This document shows positions 13,620 to 28,966 of a stretch of 64,000 bases of DNA, in pieces; positions within the stretch are counted from its first letter, which is position 1; every line of letters starts with the position of its first letter. The translations under genes and the position numbers were made by a program. A model generated the notes under the pieces. The model did no database searches. It was given only the letters and a program-made list of their open reading frames with translations, and had not been told where the DNA came from. The stretch is from Eledone cirrhosa (taxonomy: Eukaryota), in NCBI GenBank assembly GCA_964016885.1, contig OZ024747.1, positions 36,270,001-36,334,000 on the forward strand, read 5' to 3'.

Positions 13620-15349
13620 AAGGATCTTACTGGATTAACAAGAAGTCTGACATCCCTTTTGACATGGAGGCAAGTTATTCGGCTGAAGTTAGCGACCTTG
13701 TGTGGCTATACATCTTATACCACCTAAAGAACCTTTTCACGGGCATAACCGGAGGATTATACCGAGATGATGGCCTTTTCGCCTTGCACAACATTAACCC
13801 CAGAACCACTGTTGGGTTTCGAAGAAACTTAAGTTCGTTCTTCCGTAATCTAGGATTTTGAATAACCATAGAATCAAGTATGACCAAGGCCATCCTTTTA
13901 GATGTTACTCTCGACATAGATACTTTCCTCTATTACCCGTACCACAAACCTAACGAGTCCCTAACTATATCATCATCATCATTTTACGTCCACTTTTCCC
14001 TGCTTGCAAGAGTCGGACGGGAACTGATTCTGGCTTGATTTCTACAGCTGGATGCCCTTGCGAACACCAACCTCATTTACAGTGAGTGCTGGGCGCTTTT
14101 TTGCCCTGGCACCCCCACGACCACTTTGCATTCGAATAATAGGGACCCCAGTCCTATCATCTCATTTCTACAGCTGAGTAAACAGGAACAATGTAAAATA
14201 AAGTGTCTTGCTCAAGGAAACAACACATCACCCGGTCTGAGAATTGAACTCACAGCCTTTCAATTGCAAGGCCAATGCTCTAACCATTTGAACCACCCCC
14301 AAAACATCACAGATAACTTAATTAATAGCGTCTCACTCAGAAACTTGGTCTCTCGGCCAATGAAGATATCTTTAGCGGCTCTGCCTCTTACTACAACGAC
14401 GTCCTCGGCCGCATTGGATTTAAATAAAAGATTATTTATCTAGAAGCCACCCCAAAACTGCCTAGGAGAAATAGGCATAAGCAGATTAGTTGGTACACCC
14501 CTCCTCCTATCAATCGAGAGGTTTCTACACCCATAGCCGGGATTTTCTTCAGATTGCTGAATATACACGTTTCCACACAACACAGGTACTACACTATATT
14601 TAATAAGAATACAATAAGACTTTCCTACTCCACTACACCTAACCTAGCTAGAAATATAGCCAATCTCAACACTACAAAATTAAATAGGCCTACTACCTCT
14701 GATCCCAATCCCCGCACGGGAGCTTTGTGTAACTGTCAAAATAAGGAAGCCTGACAACTTGAAAACATATGCCTGACAAATGACATGGTATATAAATGTG
14801 ATGTTATATCAAGCACTGATGACAACAACAAAAATAATTATAACGGTATGACTTCCAACAATTTAAAGACCCGGTGGAATGCCCATACTCACTCTTTCTA
14901 TAGACCGGACAAATCCAATCAGACAACACTCGCCTCCTATGTCCGGGACCTCAAGAGGAACTCCACCTCTTTCACCCTAAAATGGAAAATACTCCAGTAA
15001 GCGCGCTCATACAAGGGAGGACACAAGTACTGTGAAATCTGTATTTCAGAGAGCCACAAGATATTATTTGCCAAGTGCCAGATACTGAACATAATCTCTG
15101 AACACTGCCCGAACTGCTTGCACAAAAGCCTAGCAACTTTCAAATATCTTAAGCCAGTGTTGATGCCAGATGGCTAAAAAAAAACTTTTTCAAAAACCCC
15201 ACTCGACAAAATATCCACCCCACCTCCATTCCACCCTACCCCTACCCTATCTCGATCCGCCTCACGGCACTGTGGTAATGTAAGTACTTCTTACCTATCT
15301 GCCTTTTTCCACATGTATAACGTACTTCAATATATGTATGTTTAAGTGG

Positions 15350-15350
<1 letters not shown>
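13620..15350 (+). mobile_element. Degenerate Penelope-like element (probable Nematis-type), RT core plus GIY-YIG
   Basis: GGLYRDDGL, LDVTLD, YHKPNE, IFNKNTIRLSYS, CNCQNKEA..C, YNGMT..K.RW..H; interrupted by a SINE. Confidence 0.88.
13970..14295 (-). mobile_element. tRNA-derived SINE inserted in the PLE
   Basis: Minus-strand tRNA-like head, TTGAGCAAGACACTT core and (ATG)n tail; homologous to 59741-59878. Confidence 0.8.
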
Positions 15351-15386
<36 letters not shown>

Positions 15387-15415
15387 AAAGAATAGAGGTG
15401 TAACACACAAGTTAT

Positions 15416-17112
<1,697 letters not shown>

Positions 17113-17127
17113 TCTTTATGATATCGT

Positions 17128-17925
17128 GCAAAAGACAATCCAAGTCAATGAAAAACATCTTAACACATGCCAAAGTACTGCCAACCACAACAACGAAACC
17201 CACAGTAAAAAATGCGATAGACCCAACTGTGGCATTTGCATCAACCTAATAGATGGTTGGGAATTCTATTTCAAAGATGGACAACGTTTTATAGTAAAAC
17301 ACAAATTCACATGTGCATCGGAAAATCTAATATATGTATTAACTTGTTCAGGTTGTCGAGAACAATACATAGACCAGACCAAAAACAGCCTCCGCCAACG
17401 CATGACTGTCCATAGATCCCAAATCAAAATACGGGGATACAGGAAAATACCACTGAGTGAACACATTGATACCTGTGCCGCCCCAAATCATCCCAACTTC
17501 AGAATCTTTCCCCCTCTACAAATTTAAAGATAATGCCACCCACACCCAGTGCATCAGCAAGGAACCTTACTTCATTAACAAATACGGACCCCGTCTAAAC
17601 ACTTCACCCTAAGACGAACCCACAACATACACACGTCAACATACATACCTACATCAGCACACATCTCTACCCACATATAAACACAATGACATACGTAAAC
17701 ACACATGCTCTATGGCGCAACACAAAAAAATATATGTGCATATATATATGTATATATGTATATATATATATATATATAGTGAATATATGTATGTGTATAT
17801 ATATATAGTGAATATCATTTCACACCTTTTTTTGTTAAGATTTTTGATGTTCTATTAAGAGAACCGATTTTACTGAAAAAATCGAATAATGTACACCATT
17901 TTACCAGGGGGAAAAAAATACTGGT

Positions 17926-17968
<43 letters not shown>

Positions 17969-18142
17969 CACACACACATACACACGCGTACATCAACATA
18001 AAAGAGACTTATATATACACACACACACGCACTTCTCCGTATAAGACAAAAGCTGAAAAATATCTTTTGACATGCTAAAATACACCCCATTGCTTTCAGA
18101 CACATTCTTACTGACCATCCCTGCCACCACAAATTACTCTGC

Positions 18143-18179
<37 letters not shown>

Positions 18180-18265
18180 ACACACACACACTTATCTTAA
18201 TAGCCATTTGACACACATCGCTGCTAAACATTATCACAACATCGAACACCTTACTACTACTACTA

Positions 18266-18341
<76 letters not shown>

Positions 18342-18815
18342 CACATATTTGTTGTGAAAGAGTCATTTCTCAATCTTGGCGCAAAACCAATGTTTTATTC
18401 ACATGACCTCTACCGACCAATCAAAATTGTTTTGACCACAATAATTTTTGCTGGAGCCACTTTTTTAACATAAAAACAGTCTTTGCGCAAAATCAATTTT
18501 TTTACATTTACATGACCTCTACCGACCAATCAAAATTGTTTTGACCACAAGAATTTTTGCAAATTTGAGCCACTTTTTTAACATAAAAACAGGTAGAATT
18601 CCCCAAACTAATCAGATCAGAGCAAACAGCACGGACACTCTATCTCAAAATTATTTTTGAAAAGCATTTAGAAATGCGCAACCGGTAAAAACTTAAAAAC
18701 TTAAAACCACAACTGAATACTAACCCATACAATCACTAATACTCTTTTATTCCTAATTAAACCATTTTTCAACTGTGAACAATTTGTCAGCATTTTCTAT
18801 TCCGTTTACCAATAT
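17128..18815 (+). mobile_element. 5'-truncated Neptune-type PLE; right arm of the palindrome (frameshifted)
   Basis: Reverse complement of 15416-17112 with scattered differences (YIG changed to YID); ends in (TA)n. Confidence 0.93.
18654..18690 (+). ncRNA. Variant minimal hammerhead motif (U3-A8 core, GCAA in place of GAAA); mirror copy at 15544-15580 (-)
   Basis: ttt TTGAAAA gcattt ag aaatgc GCAA ccgg TA aaa. Confidence 0.55.
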
Positions 18816-18834
18816 ATATATATATATATATATA

Positions 18835-21800
18835 TGAAAATAGGGAGAGAAGGTCGATTATACGGAAGAAACATTTTTTTTTTCTTGGTTAGAAAATGTT
18901 TAAAACAAAATATTTTACTTTATTACTTAATTTATTTATTAATTAACAATGACATTTATTTATTTATTTATTTATTTATATATTTAATAATTGTCTATCA
19001 CCGGTTTCAGCATGTTATGCATTATCAAAGAGGGAATTAGTATTGGTATAAAATGTTGGAGAGAAAATAATGTGATGTTGAACATGTTAAGGAAATGGGA
19101 AAGAAAGAATAATATTTTTTACAAACAAGGTTTTTGAATTAAAAAGAAAAAAAGAAAAAAAGAAAAAAAGAAAAAAAGAAAAAAAGAAAAAAAGAAAAAA
19201 AGGGGGTGATGTGGAACATGATAAGGTAATGGGAAAGAAAGAATAATATTATTTACAGGCATAGTTCTTGAGGATAAGCAGTTCAAAATGTGTTATGGCA
19301 AGAGCGCTTGGTTGCTCCATAATGGAGGCAGATGGTAGTCTGGGGTTTGATATGATTTCCCTTTTTAGAGAGTCAATATGGAGGGGGAGGTAATTCAGGG
19401 TGGTAAGGTAGGGATGAGAGAAATGAGAGGGGGTGATTCATTTATATAAGAAAAAAGATTAGGTAGGGTGTTAGGGAGGTAACTCTTTAGAGAACATAGG
19501 AATTGGGGCTTTGGTTCATTGTTCGTTCCAGTTTTACTTTAGGCCGAAGTTTAGTCCATTAAGTAGAGGTTGGAATTTGTTAATGAATTACGTTTCCTTA
19601 TTGGTGCGATGGATGAAAGAAGCGTTATCTATGAATTTGTAAATAGGGAAAATGTTAAAGTTTGGATGTTGGGTATGTGTACAATTGGCGATATGTTCAC
19701 TAAAAGAAATCTGTAATCCTATATTTTGATTTGTGATCTATGGACGGTCATACGTTGTCGGAGGCTGTTTTTTCTGTTCTGTGTAGTGCTCTCGACAACC
19801 TGAGCTGGTCTAAACATAGATTAGGTTTTCAGATGCAGATATAAAATTGTATTTAACTGTGAAATGTTGTCCTTGTTTAAAATGGAATATTGAACCTTCT
19901 CTTATATTTATGCATACACCACAGTTGGGCCTTCCGCATTTATTTTTTACTGTAGGGTACATTGTGAGGGTTAGTTGGATTTTGGCTTGTGTGGGGATGT
20001 TTTTTATAGATTTAGGTTGTGTGTTTGGAGGATTTTATTCATTCTTGTGTCTCTTTTTAGTAAAGGAATGTTCTGGGGGATGGTATCGAATGCTTTATTG
20101 TTGAGGGGGATGTGTGTGGAGAGGTATTGTAGAGTTTTCTGTTGCGCTTCATTCCTAGGTTTGGGGTGTCTGAGTTCCTGGATGTTGAGTTTTAGGGCAC
20201 GTTGGAATCCATTGTTGATTAGAGATGGTGGTAGTTTCGGCTAAGTGTGTTCTTTAATTTTTCTAGTCGTGTGTAGCATGTGTATTTATCTGAAACTATT
20301 TTGCAGATCCTTCTGGCTAGGTTATAAGCAATTGCCATTTTGGTGTGTCTTGGCTGGCACGAGTTAAATGGAAGATATCGTTTGGAGACTGTGTGTTTGT
20401 AGTATATGTCTGTTTCTATGTTGTTGTTTGTTTTCTTGATGAGAATGTCGAGGAAAGGGAGTTGTTCATGGCTGCAATCCATTGTAAATTGTAAGTTTGT
20501 GTTGAGTCTATTTACAAGGGTTTTAAACTCAATCAGTCTTTCTATACTTTCATGCCAGAGGATGAAGCAGTCGTCCCGATATCTCTTCCAGTTTTTTTTC
20601 TATGTGGAGGTAGAAATGGCTACCGTATTTGTCTAGAACTTTGCGGTAGAGAGTGGTTTCCAAATATCCCATGATAAGGTTGGCGTATGAGGGGGCTACT
20701 TTCGTGCCCATGGCAGTCCCAGATTTCTGTCTGTAGTATTTGGCATCAAATTCGAAGAAGTTGTTTTTCAAGATGAGTTTGAGTCCCTCCAACACAAATT
20801 ATTTAGTAATGCGCTGTGGACGTTCACTAGGGAAATTTTCAAACCAGAATTGTATTGCCTCTACACCTAGGTGGTGTGGGATATTGGGATATAGATTGAT
20901 GACATCCAAGGTTACTAGTAGGGTATGTTCATTATTGAGTGTTGTTGGGAGGTGGTTGAGCATGTCAAGGTCGTCCCTTATGAAGCTTTTTATGTGTTTT
21001 AAGAAAGGTTTAAGCAGAATATCTAGGAAGTTTCTTAGGCGGTGTGTTTCGCATGTTGTACCTGTTATTATGGGTCTTAATTTGAGGTCATGAGGAGGGG
21101 GTAAATTGATGTAAATGTATGTGGCTTGCTTGCAGGCCCTGCCTATTACTTCGCTTTTGTGTGTCTTTGGGATACCGTAGAAAAGGTTGGTTCTGATTTT
21201 GAAATTGGTGATGTAGTTTTATTTCTTTCGGTAAGGCTTCCTTTGTAAAGGGTTGTTAGGGATTTTAGGTTTCTCATTATTTTCTGTTGTGTGTAGTGTT
21301 GGCCCTTTTCGTAATATGTTTGATTTTCTAGAGTTGAGAGTACTAGAGTCGTGTGGTAATGTGTCCTCCTAAGGACAACTGCACTCCCTTTATCCGCCTC
21401 TTTGAATGTTAGTGTTTAGTCGTTCTTTAGACTGTGAAGACCATTCCATTCTTTTTTGCTTAGGTTTGGCTTTTGTTTATGTCTGTGTGGGTGGTTGTAT
21501 GGGTAGTTAGTAATGTGTTCGCAGAAATGATAGAGGAATTTGTTCTTGCCTTTTGGTGGCGAGTAGTTGCTTCTATTTCTGGCTATTGAGTCATCCTCAC
21601 TGTATTTGTCGTATAGTTGCTCACTGAGTCTTAGTTTTCTACAGAATTCTGCAATGTCTTCCTTCATTTCGGGGGTAGCTTGGTCTTTGGGGATTTGGTG
21701 TAAATTTCAGACCTTTGGAGAGTATGTTGATTTGGTCTGCTGTTAATTCTTTAGAGGTTAAATTAACGATATTTATTACATTTTGTGCCTCCTGTGTGTT

Positions 21801-21850
21801 TTGTGTTATCTTGTTACCGTGTCTGTGTGCTATGTCTAAAAAATGACTAC
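18835..21850 (-). mobile_element. Near full-length degenerate Neptune-type PLE (RT plus C-terminal GIY-YIG)
   Basis: FKEADKGSAVV (~21390), QKSGTAMGTKVAPSYANL, RYRDDCF, LPFLDILI, CGRPNCGVC linker; many stops and frameshifts; decayed hammerhead at 18995-19032. Confidence 0.92.
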
Positions 21851-22247
21851 GTAAGTTGTGGTGGTTGTTGAAGTTTGGATGTCTCTTATGGTTGTGTATA
21901 TATATATGTGTGTGTGTGGGTGTGTGGGTATTTTATATATCTATATCTACATGTGTGTGTTTGTGTGTATATATATGTATATGTATGTATGTATGTATGT
22001 ATATATGTATATATATATATCTATATATATATATGTATATAATATGCGTGTGTATGTGTGTGTATGTATGTGTGTGTATGTGTATATAAGTGTATGTATA
22101 CATATAAATCTATATGTACAGTATATATATATTAATAAAAGGAATTCCAACTTTTTCTGATTTACTAGTTTTATTTACAATCCTTTAACATTTATAATGG
22201 CATTAGAATGAAATAGTATGGTAGAATATTAAATGTTAAGTGTTAAT

Positions 22248-22286
22248 TGAACAAGTACTTTCATGCTTTCGCAATCTTCAGGTTCA
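22248..22286 (-). ncRNA. Minimal hammerhead ribozyme (PLE pLTR type)
   Basis: Minus strand: tgaac CTGAAGA t tgc gaaa gca t GAAA gtac TT gttca; full core, 5-bp stem I, palindromic stem III (AGTACT). Confidence 0.85.
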
Positions 22287-22724
22287 TATTCTGTGGTGAC
22301 AGTCAAGTTTGCAGTTTTGAACTGTAATGAGATGGGTAAATGTTGTGCCTTATATACAGTGAAAAGCGGCTACAGAATGCTAGATTCTGCAAACTGTATT
22401 TCGACCAATCGGTGTGTAGTTTCATTGGATTACTAAAGCTGATTGGTTTAGGCGTCACGGTTGGTTGGGCATGTCTAACGACTAATATTTTACCCTATCC
22501 AAAGCATCAATTGTTTTGCTATTTTTAGAAATGATGAAAATAGCATTTTCTAGTAATCATCACCATCAACATCACTTTAATTATTATTATTGTTGTTGTT
22601 GATGTTGTTAGTGGTAGTAGTCGAAATGTTCCTATGTATATATGAGTATATACACATACATATATATGTGTAAATATATATACATATATTGGTATAAGTG
22701 TGTGTGTTTTGCGAGTAAGGGCTT

Positions 22725-22766
<42 letters not shown>

Positions 22767-23225
22767 TGCTTGTAAACACCTGAAATATAGCATTGTTAGC
22801 TTAAGAAAACCTTAAAAATAAGGAATAGTACCCCCAATTTGAATTCGTTTATAAATCCCTTTCTGCCTTTGTTACTCTAAATATAGCTTTTAAAGAATTT
22901 CCTTTTCTTTAAACCCATCAACCAATGACCTAAACTCATCCCAATCACAACCCTCTCCTACCACGAGAAAAGGTATAAATACCATCATATTACTTGGACA
23001 ATCAGCTTTCTGATGATTTCTCATGAATGACACAGTAGTAGTTTTTCTATAATAAATATGTATATTCTGATTTGTATTGAGTACTTTACTTACTGTGGTT
23101 ACCCCCGATTGAACCCGTGATGAATTTATATATACATATAAATATATATAGTAATAATAATAAATTTGAAGACTAAAATCAAAAGACCGCTCGATAAGGA
23201 TAAATATATATAAAAAATAGAGCAA

Positions 23226-25414
23226 ATATTTATTAAAATAACAGATTAAAGTTTAAGCAAAGAATCGCTGCTTTCACCCTTAACGGGATCTTCTGAAACT
23301 AACAAAGTCAATCTGTGAACGCAAAAGTGAATATTTCAAAAAACGTTGCAACCGGAGGAAGACAGGAAAACGATACTTTGGTTCGTGGAAACATTCCCTG
23401 GCAAAGAACGGGAAAAAAGGAATAAAATACGTTATTATTTGGAGCGGTGAAAAACAATTACACGCAAAGACAAAACCACGTTTAAGGTATAAAAGAGGTC
23501 GTAGAATAATATTCTATTAGGTGCTTCATAGAGACTTTCTCTGGCAATGAACGAAAAAAAAACGAAGATAATACGTCATATGTGGATCGTGGAGAACAAT
23601 TGCACGCAAAGGCAAAAACACGTAAATGGTATAATTGAAGTCGTAGACTAAAGTTCTAACTAGGAAACCGAATGATTCTCGGTTTCAGAGTTAAGAATAT
23701 AGTAAATAAAATACAGAGGTAATTGAAATTAAATAAATACATACACGCATCCATATACGTACATACATAAGCATACGCGAAAACACTCGCCATAGGTATA
23801 CAAATACACGCACATATATATGTGTGTGTGTGATTGTGAGTGTATACAAATAATTAAATAAACGTATATAAATAAATAAATACGTATATAACAAGCGCAC
23901 ACACATACCTACATGTAAATACGCAGAAGTTAGGAGACGTACGTCAACCAAAACACGAGATACACATATACACACACCCTGCATACGTACGAATCCGCAT
24001 ACTGACACAGACGCAAAACTCACGTAAACACATAACCAAAAGCATATGTACCAGAATATATCAAATATACGCCATAACATATAACATGAAATATACGTAC
24101 GAGAAAGTATACGTACCTTTACAAAACATACAGGTAATATATACTTACCTATACAAATAAATAATGGTATAAACATAATATATACTTAGCTACCACATCA
24201 AGACGTAAAATATCCGCGTATAGATCGTACTATCCGTTAGGGTATAATGTGGGGCTGTAATACAGGAAAGTTTTGTGCAATTTATGTTTACAAGCCGAAA
24301 CTGCCTCAGATTTTTCGTTTAAGATGTGGTCTGTGGCGTAGAGTATTTCCAGGGCCTCTTTTATTTCCGTTATACGATCTAGTCCTAGCCAGAATCTCCC
24401 AGTGTAATTTATATTGGGTGTGGTTGTCTTTTAGACTCCAGATATAAGCTGAAATTGACGTCATATTCCTTCTTAGAGGGTAACGAAAAGAATGGGTATG
24501 CATGTAAAGACGCTGCTTGAATCTATTGGCGGTTAGCCCTATGTAGGGCCTACGGTACGTGGGTGTTTCAACCTTACATTTGTAGACAATGTTACTAGAG
24601 AGGCATTTCCCGGTTAGGGGGCAGTCAACCCGATTGCTACAATTACAGTTAATACTAACTACAGGGTTGCACGTGTTCCTACGGCTAGGTAGCTTAACTA
24701 AATTTGAAGCTGTGATATTATGTGCAAGGTTAGGTGTCGTAGAGTAAGAAATTTTAATAGTATTTCTATTAAAAATGTTACTATATTTATGTGTAGGGGG
24801 GAAATGCTTCGTAATAAGGGAGAGAAAGATCTTACCTAATGGTGTGGCCACCTCCATATTATATGGTTGGTTATACCATATAATGCGTCGGGATCTATTT
24901 CTTTTAGGTCTATTCTCGTACTCTGTATATGCTACCTTATCGACAAATCCACTCCGACCAACAGCTTCATTGTAATATTTGGAATGGTCGTTGAAAATAT
25001 GCTCGTTGGTAGATAGACGGGAAAGCTTCAAAGAAACGTTTCTTACTAGATTCTTGGTTATGCTGGCAGGATGGTTAGAATGCTTACTCTTTTCCGTTCA
25101 TTGCCAGAGAACGTCTCTATGAACCACCTAATAGAATATTAGTCTACAACTCCTTTTATACCTTAAACGTGGTTTTGTCTTTGCGTGTAATTATTTTTCA
25201 CAGCTCCAAATAGTGACGTATTTTATTCGTTTATTCCCGTTCTTTGCCAGGGAAGGTTTCCAAGAACCAAAGTATCGTCTTCCTGTCTTCCTCCGGTTGC
25301 AACGTTTTTTTAAATATTCACTTCTGCGTTCACAGATTGACTTTGTTAGTTTCGAAAGATTCCGTTAATGGTGAAAGCAGCGATTCTTTGCTTAAACCTT
25401 AATCTGTTATTTTA

Positions 25415-25422
<8 letters not shown>
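23226..25422 (-). mobile_element. 5'-truncated probable Nematis-type PLE with an inverted copy of its 3' terminus
   Basis: ORF 24306-25031 (IFNRNTIKISYS, CNCSNRVDCPLTGKC, YIGLT..FKQR..H); 23226-23558 is inverted at 25088-25422. Confidence 0.9.
23250..23300 (-). ncRNA. Degenerate hammerhead motif; inverted copy 25348-25397 (+), remnant near 59655-59690
   Basis: agttt CAGAAGA tccc gtta aggg t GAAA gca [loop] tgc TT aaact; all three stems form but U4 is mutated. Confidence 0.65.
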
Positions 25423-25480
<58 letters not shown>

Positions 25481-25531
25481 AAATATATATATACACACAG
25501 TATCACCATAGACAAATATATATATATACAC

Positions 25532-25591
<60 letters not shown>

Positions 25592-25639
25592 CACACAGTA
25601 TCACGATAGACAAATATATATATACACTAAGTATCACCA

Positions 25640-26920
25640 TAGACATAAACACTAAAAACGTTAACTTCCTAGATGCCACCTAGACTCTAGGATATATACA
25701 CCATTCCATAAACCTAACGAAAAACTGATTTACGTAGATACCAAGTCTACCAACCCTAGATCAATATTAAACTCTATCTCTAAGGGTATATCCAATAGAA
25801 TCTCTAATCTATCTTATGACGAAAACATATTTAGCAAAAACTCGCAATATTATAATCAGGCATTAGCTAGATCAGGCCATAATAAGGAGATCGAGTTCCT
25901 ACCTACAAAAACACAGTTACAACATTATTTCGTTCAATATGTCCATGAGGAAAAATAGTAATAAGAATAAAAGCCACACACACACTAATACGAAGGATGG
26001 CAACAAACGTAACCCACACCACAGAAGTCACCATAATACCATAAACGGAAACATCTCACCAGACATAAAAACAAAAATAGAAGAAGACATAATACATTTT
26101 TCAACCCTACTTTCAACCTAAACGTCTCTACCAACCTACCTAAGGCTTTCTTCTCACTCCTGGATAAAAACTTCCCATCTGGCCACAAGTACCATAGTCT
26201 TATAAACAAAAACACAATTAAAATGTCCTACTCTACCACGCCTAACATAGCATACCGCATAGCTAGTAGCAATAAAAGAAAAATTAATACTTACTTCTAA
26301 CAAACTAAAACACGACAGGGGGTAAACCTTCAAAATAACATTATATCTACTAACCCTGATAGCAATAGTAATAATAGTAATAGAACTAGTGTAAGCAATA
26401 ACGCTGAGAGCGACAACACCCATAGCCACAATGCAACAACTAACAACCAGACTTCTACACAACATAATAACCGGCAGGTTAATATCCAAAATAATTGTAG
26501 CTGTAGATCTAATAGAACCTGCTCTTTAGATAAAAAATGCTTAATCAAGGATATCATATACTCATGCACCGTCATAACTAGCAACTCTTCTGAAAGCTAT
26601 ATAGGCTCTACTTCAAACTGCTTCAAAACCAGATACAATTCGCACCTCCATTCTTTCAAAAAACACAGTCTAGCCAACTCCGCTTCACTATCTAGCTACA
26701 TACACTATCTAAAATCTAAAAATAGATCTTATACACTTAAATGGGAAGTGATAGGTAAGGCTGCATCGTACAAACCACCTGATAAACTTTGTAACCTCTG
26801 TCTACTAGAGACTCATACTATAATCTTTATAAACCATAACATCCTTAATAAAAAATCGGAGTGTTCGCGTCGTGCCAGCACCGCTTCCGACACACCTTCC
26901 AAAACTTTAAACCCAATATA
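25640..26920 (+). mobile_element. Degenerate probable Nematis-type PLE fragment (RT thumb plus GIY-YIG)
   Basis: VNFLDAT, PFHKPNE, INKNTIKMSYS, CSCRSNRTC, YIGST..FKTRYNSH, CNLCLLE read across frameshifts. Confidence 0.85.
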
Positions 26921-28410
26921 TAGCAATGTCAGGCTTGAACCCATCACCACTTTTAGCACTACACCTCAAGGGCACACCTTACACCACAACTCCACACTCA
27001 CTGATCCACCCTATCTTAACACAAATCATTCCATATATCTATAACTTTATACACTAGAGATATCCCCATGTACACCTACTTTTAGTATAATTACTTTCAA
27101 TTACTTATAATTATATAGTGATATAATACAGGCTATATAAACTTTAAATACCAGATTCGACAATGAATTATTTGTGCAAATGTATTTCTATGTATGGAGT
27201 GCTATCATTGGATATATATAAGATTAATTCATTAACATAAGAGATCTGTATAACCTATATGTTGAGTGCAATGTATTGTGTATGAATGGTGTGTGTTATA
27301 TATGCATGTATAACTTGTTGGATAGATTAATGACATTGTAAGTGAGAGATGTTTTTTGGTCTGCCCTAGAGATGTATTTAGCTTTGCCATGCAGTTAGCC
27401 ATACGCTGCCCCAGAACTTACTAGGGGTTATATAGACGTAGTTCTAATAGGTCCCCTGACAGGTTCTGTGAGTAGACTACATTTGCAAGGAACTTTGATA
27501 TAAAGATGTGGTTCTTTGTATGGAATATTCAGTTGTAGCACTCTATGATAGGGAGTAATCATCCTAATATAGATACCTTTATTATTTCATGATAGAGTAG
27601 ACTTTAATTAAAAATAAGATACTTAAAATTGGAAACTGAATATATAACCGTGGACTCAATTGAGACACATTTCAATGTATGTTGGAATAATAAATTTAGT
27701 TATAGAAATCAGCTAGTTACCTCCCCTTACGCATTAACTCCCTTAAACAGACACATACTTCCGGATAATAAACCGATGTAAATTCTCGCAACAGAATCAA
27801 CCTGCTCTATAAAATTGGATTAAAAAACACTGAGACGCAACAAGCTAAAATAATTTAATTTAATGTATCAAACATCCAATACGGAATCTTCGTTAATTAT
27901 GTGAAGGATGTATGAACTATATATTACATTTCCTGAATGTGAAAATGGTGGTGGATACAAAAACCATAACTTTCTTTTGCTTCTCCTTTATACTATTTTT
28001 CTGCACACATAATTCTGTATCATATACAAAAAATACCTTACCACTACAACCTCCATAATACTCTTACTTACCCGCTTTATGTGCTTCTATTACACCCTGC
28101 CGCACAATAATCATATATAAATGAGACACACGTGCATGCCCCACGTGTAACTAACGCATGAAATAACTAAAATAACTACTACATCTGACTAACAAACTAT
28201 CCTCTTGCATTATCTATGTTAACTGCCGATTTTATTTTAATTTTGCTTTGATTTTGTTTTAATGTGATTTTGATTTTGAATTTGAATTGCTATACAGAAA
28301 TAATATAATATAATATATGTCACTCCACTGTACATCAATATATACATATGTATCTGTATGTCTCTTACGTTGGAAAGGAGGTCAATTATGTGTACAAACA
28401 TTGAAACAAA

Positions 28411-28456
28411 TGGTCCGAAGACACCAAGTCTAGGTTTGGATGAAACAATTGTAAGT
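28411..28456 (+). ncRNA. Decayed hammerhead motif, probable pLTR remnant
   Basis: CCGAAGA ca ccaag tctagg tttgg at GAAA caattg TA followed by AATAAA; stem I no longer pairs. Confidence 0.45.
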
Positions 28457-28652
28457 GAATAAATGTTTGAACATAGCTTTGATTCTTGTGAATTCTATAT
28501 ACCTGCTCTGTAGTACAACTGATGTTCATACATTGAGCTATTTATCTTACTGGTAATAAGGTAGTAATAAATTACTGACCTTCACTGTTTAGGGTTTAAA
28601 ATATATATAACTATGAAAAGTTTTAGTATATACATAACCATAAATCGTATCC

Positions 28653-28752
<100 letters not shown>

Positions 28753-28753
28753 T

Positions 28754-28788
<35 letters not shown>

Positions 28789-28789
28789 T

Positions 28790-28872
<83 letters not shown>

Positions 28873-28917
28873 TTATGTATATTTATGTATATATTTGTGT
28901 TTCTACTTCTCTCACTC

Positions 28918-28966
<49 letters not shown>

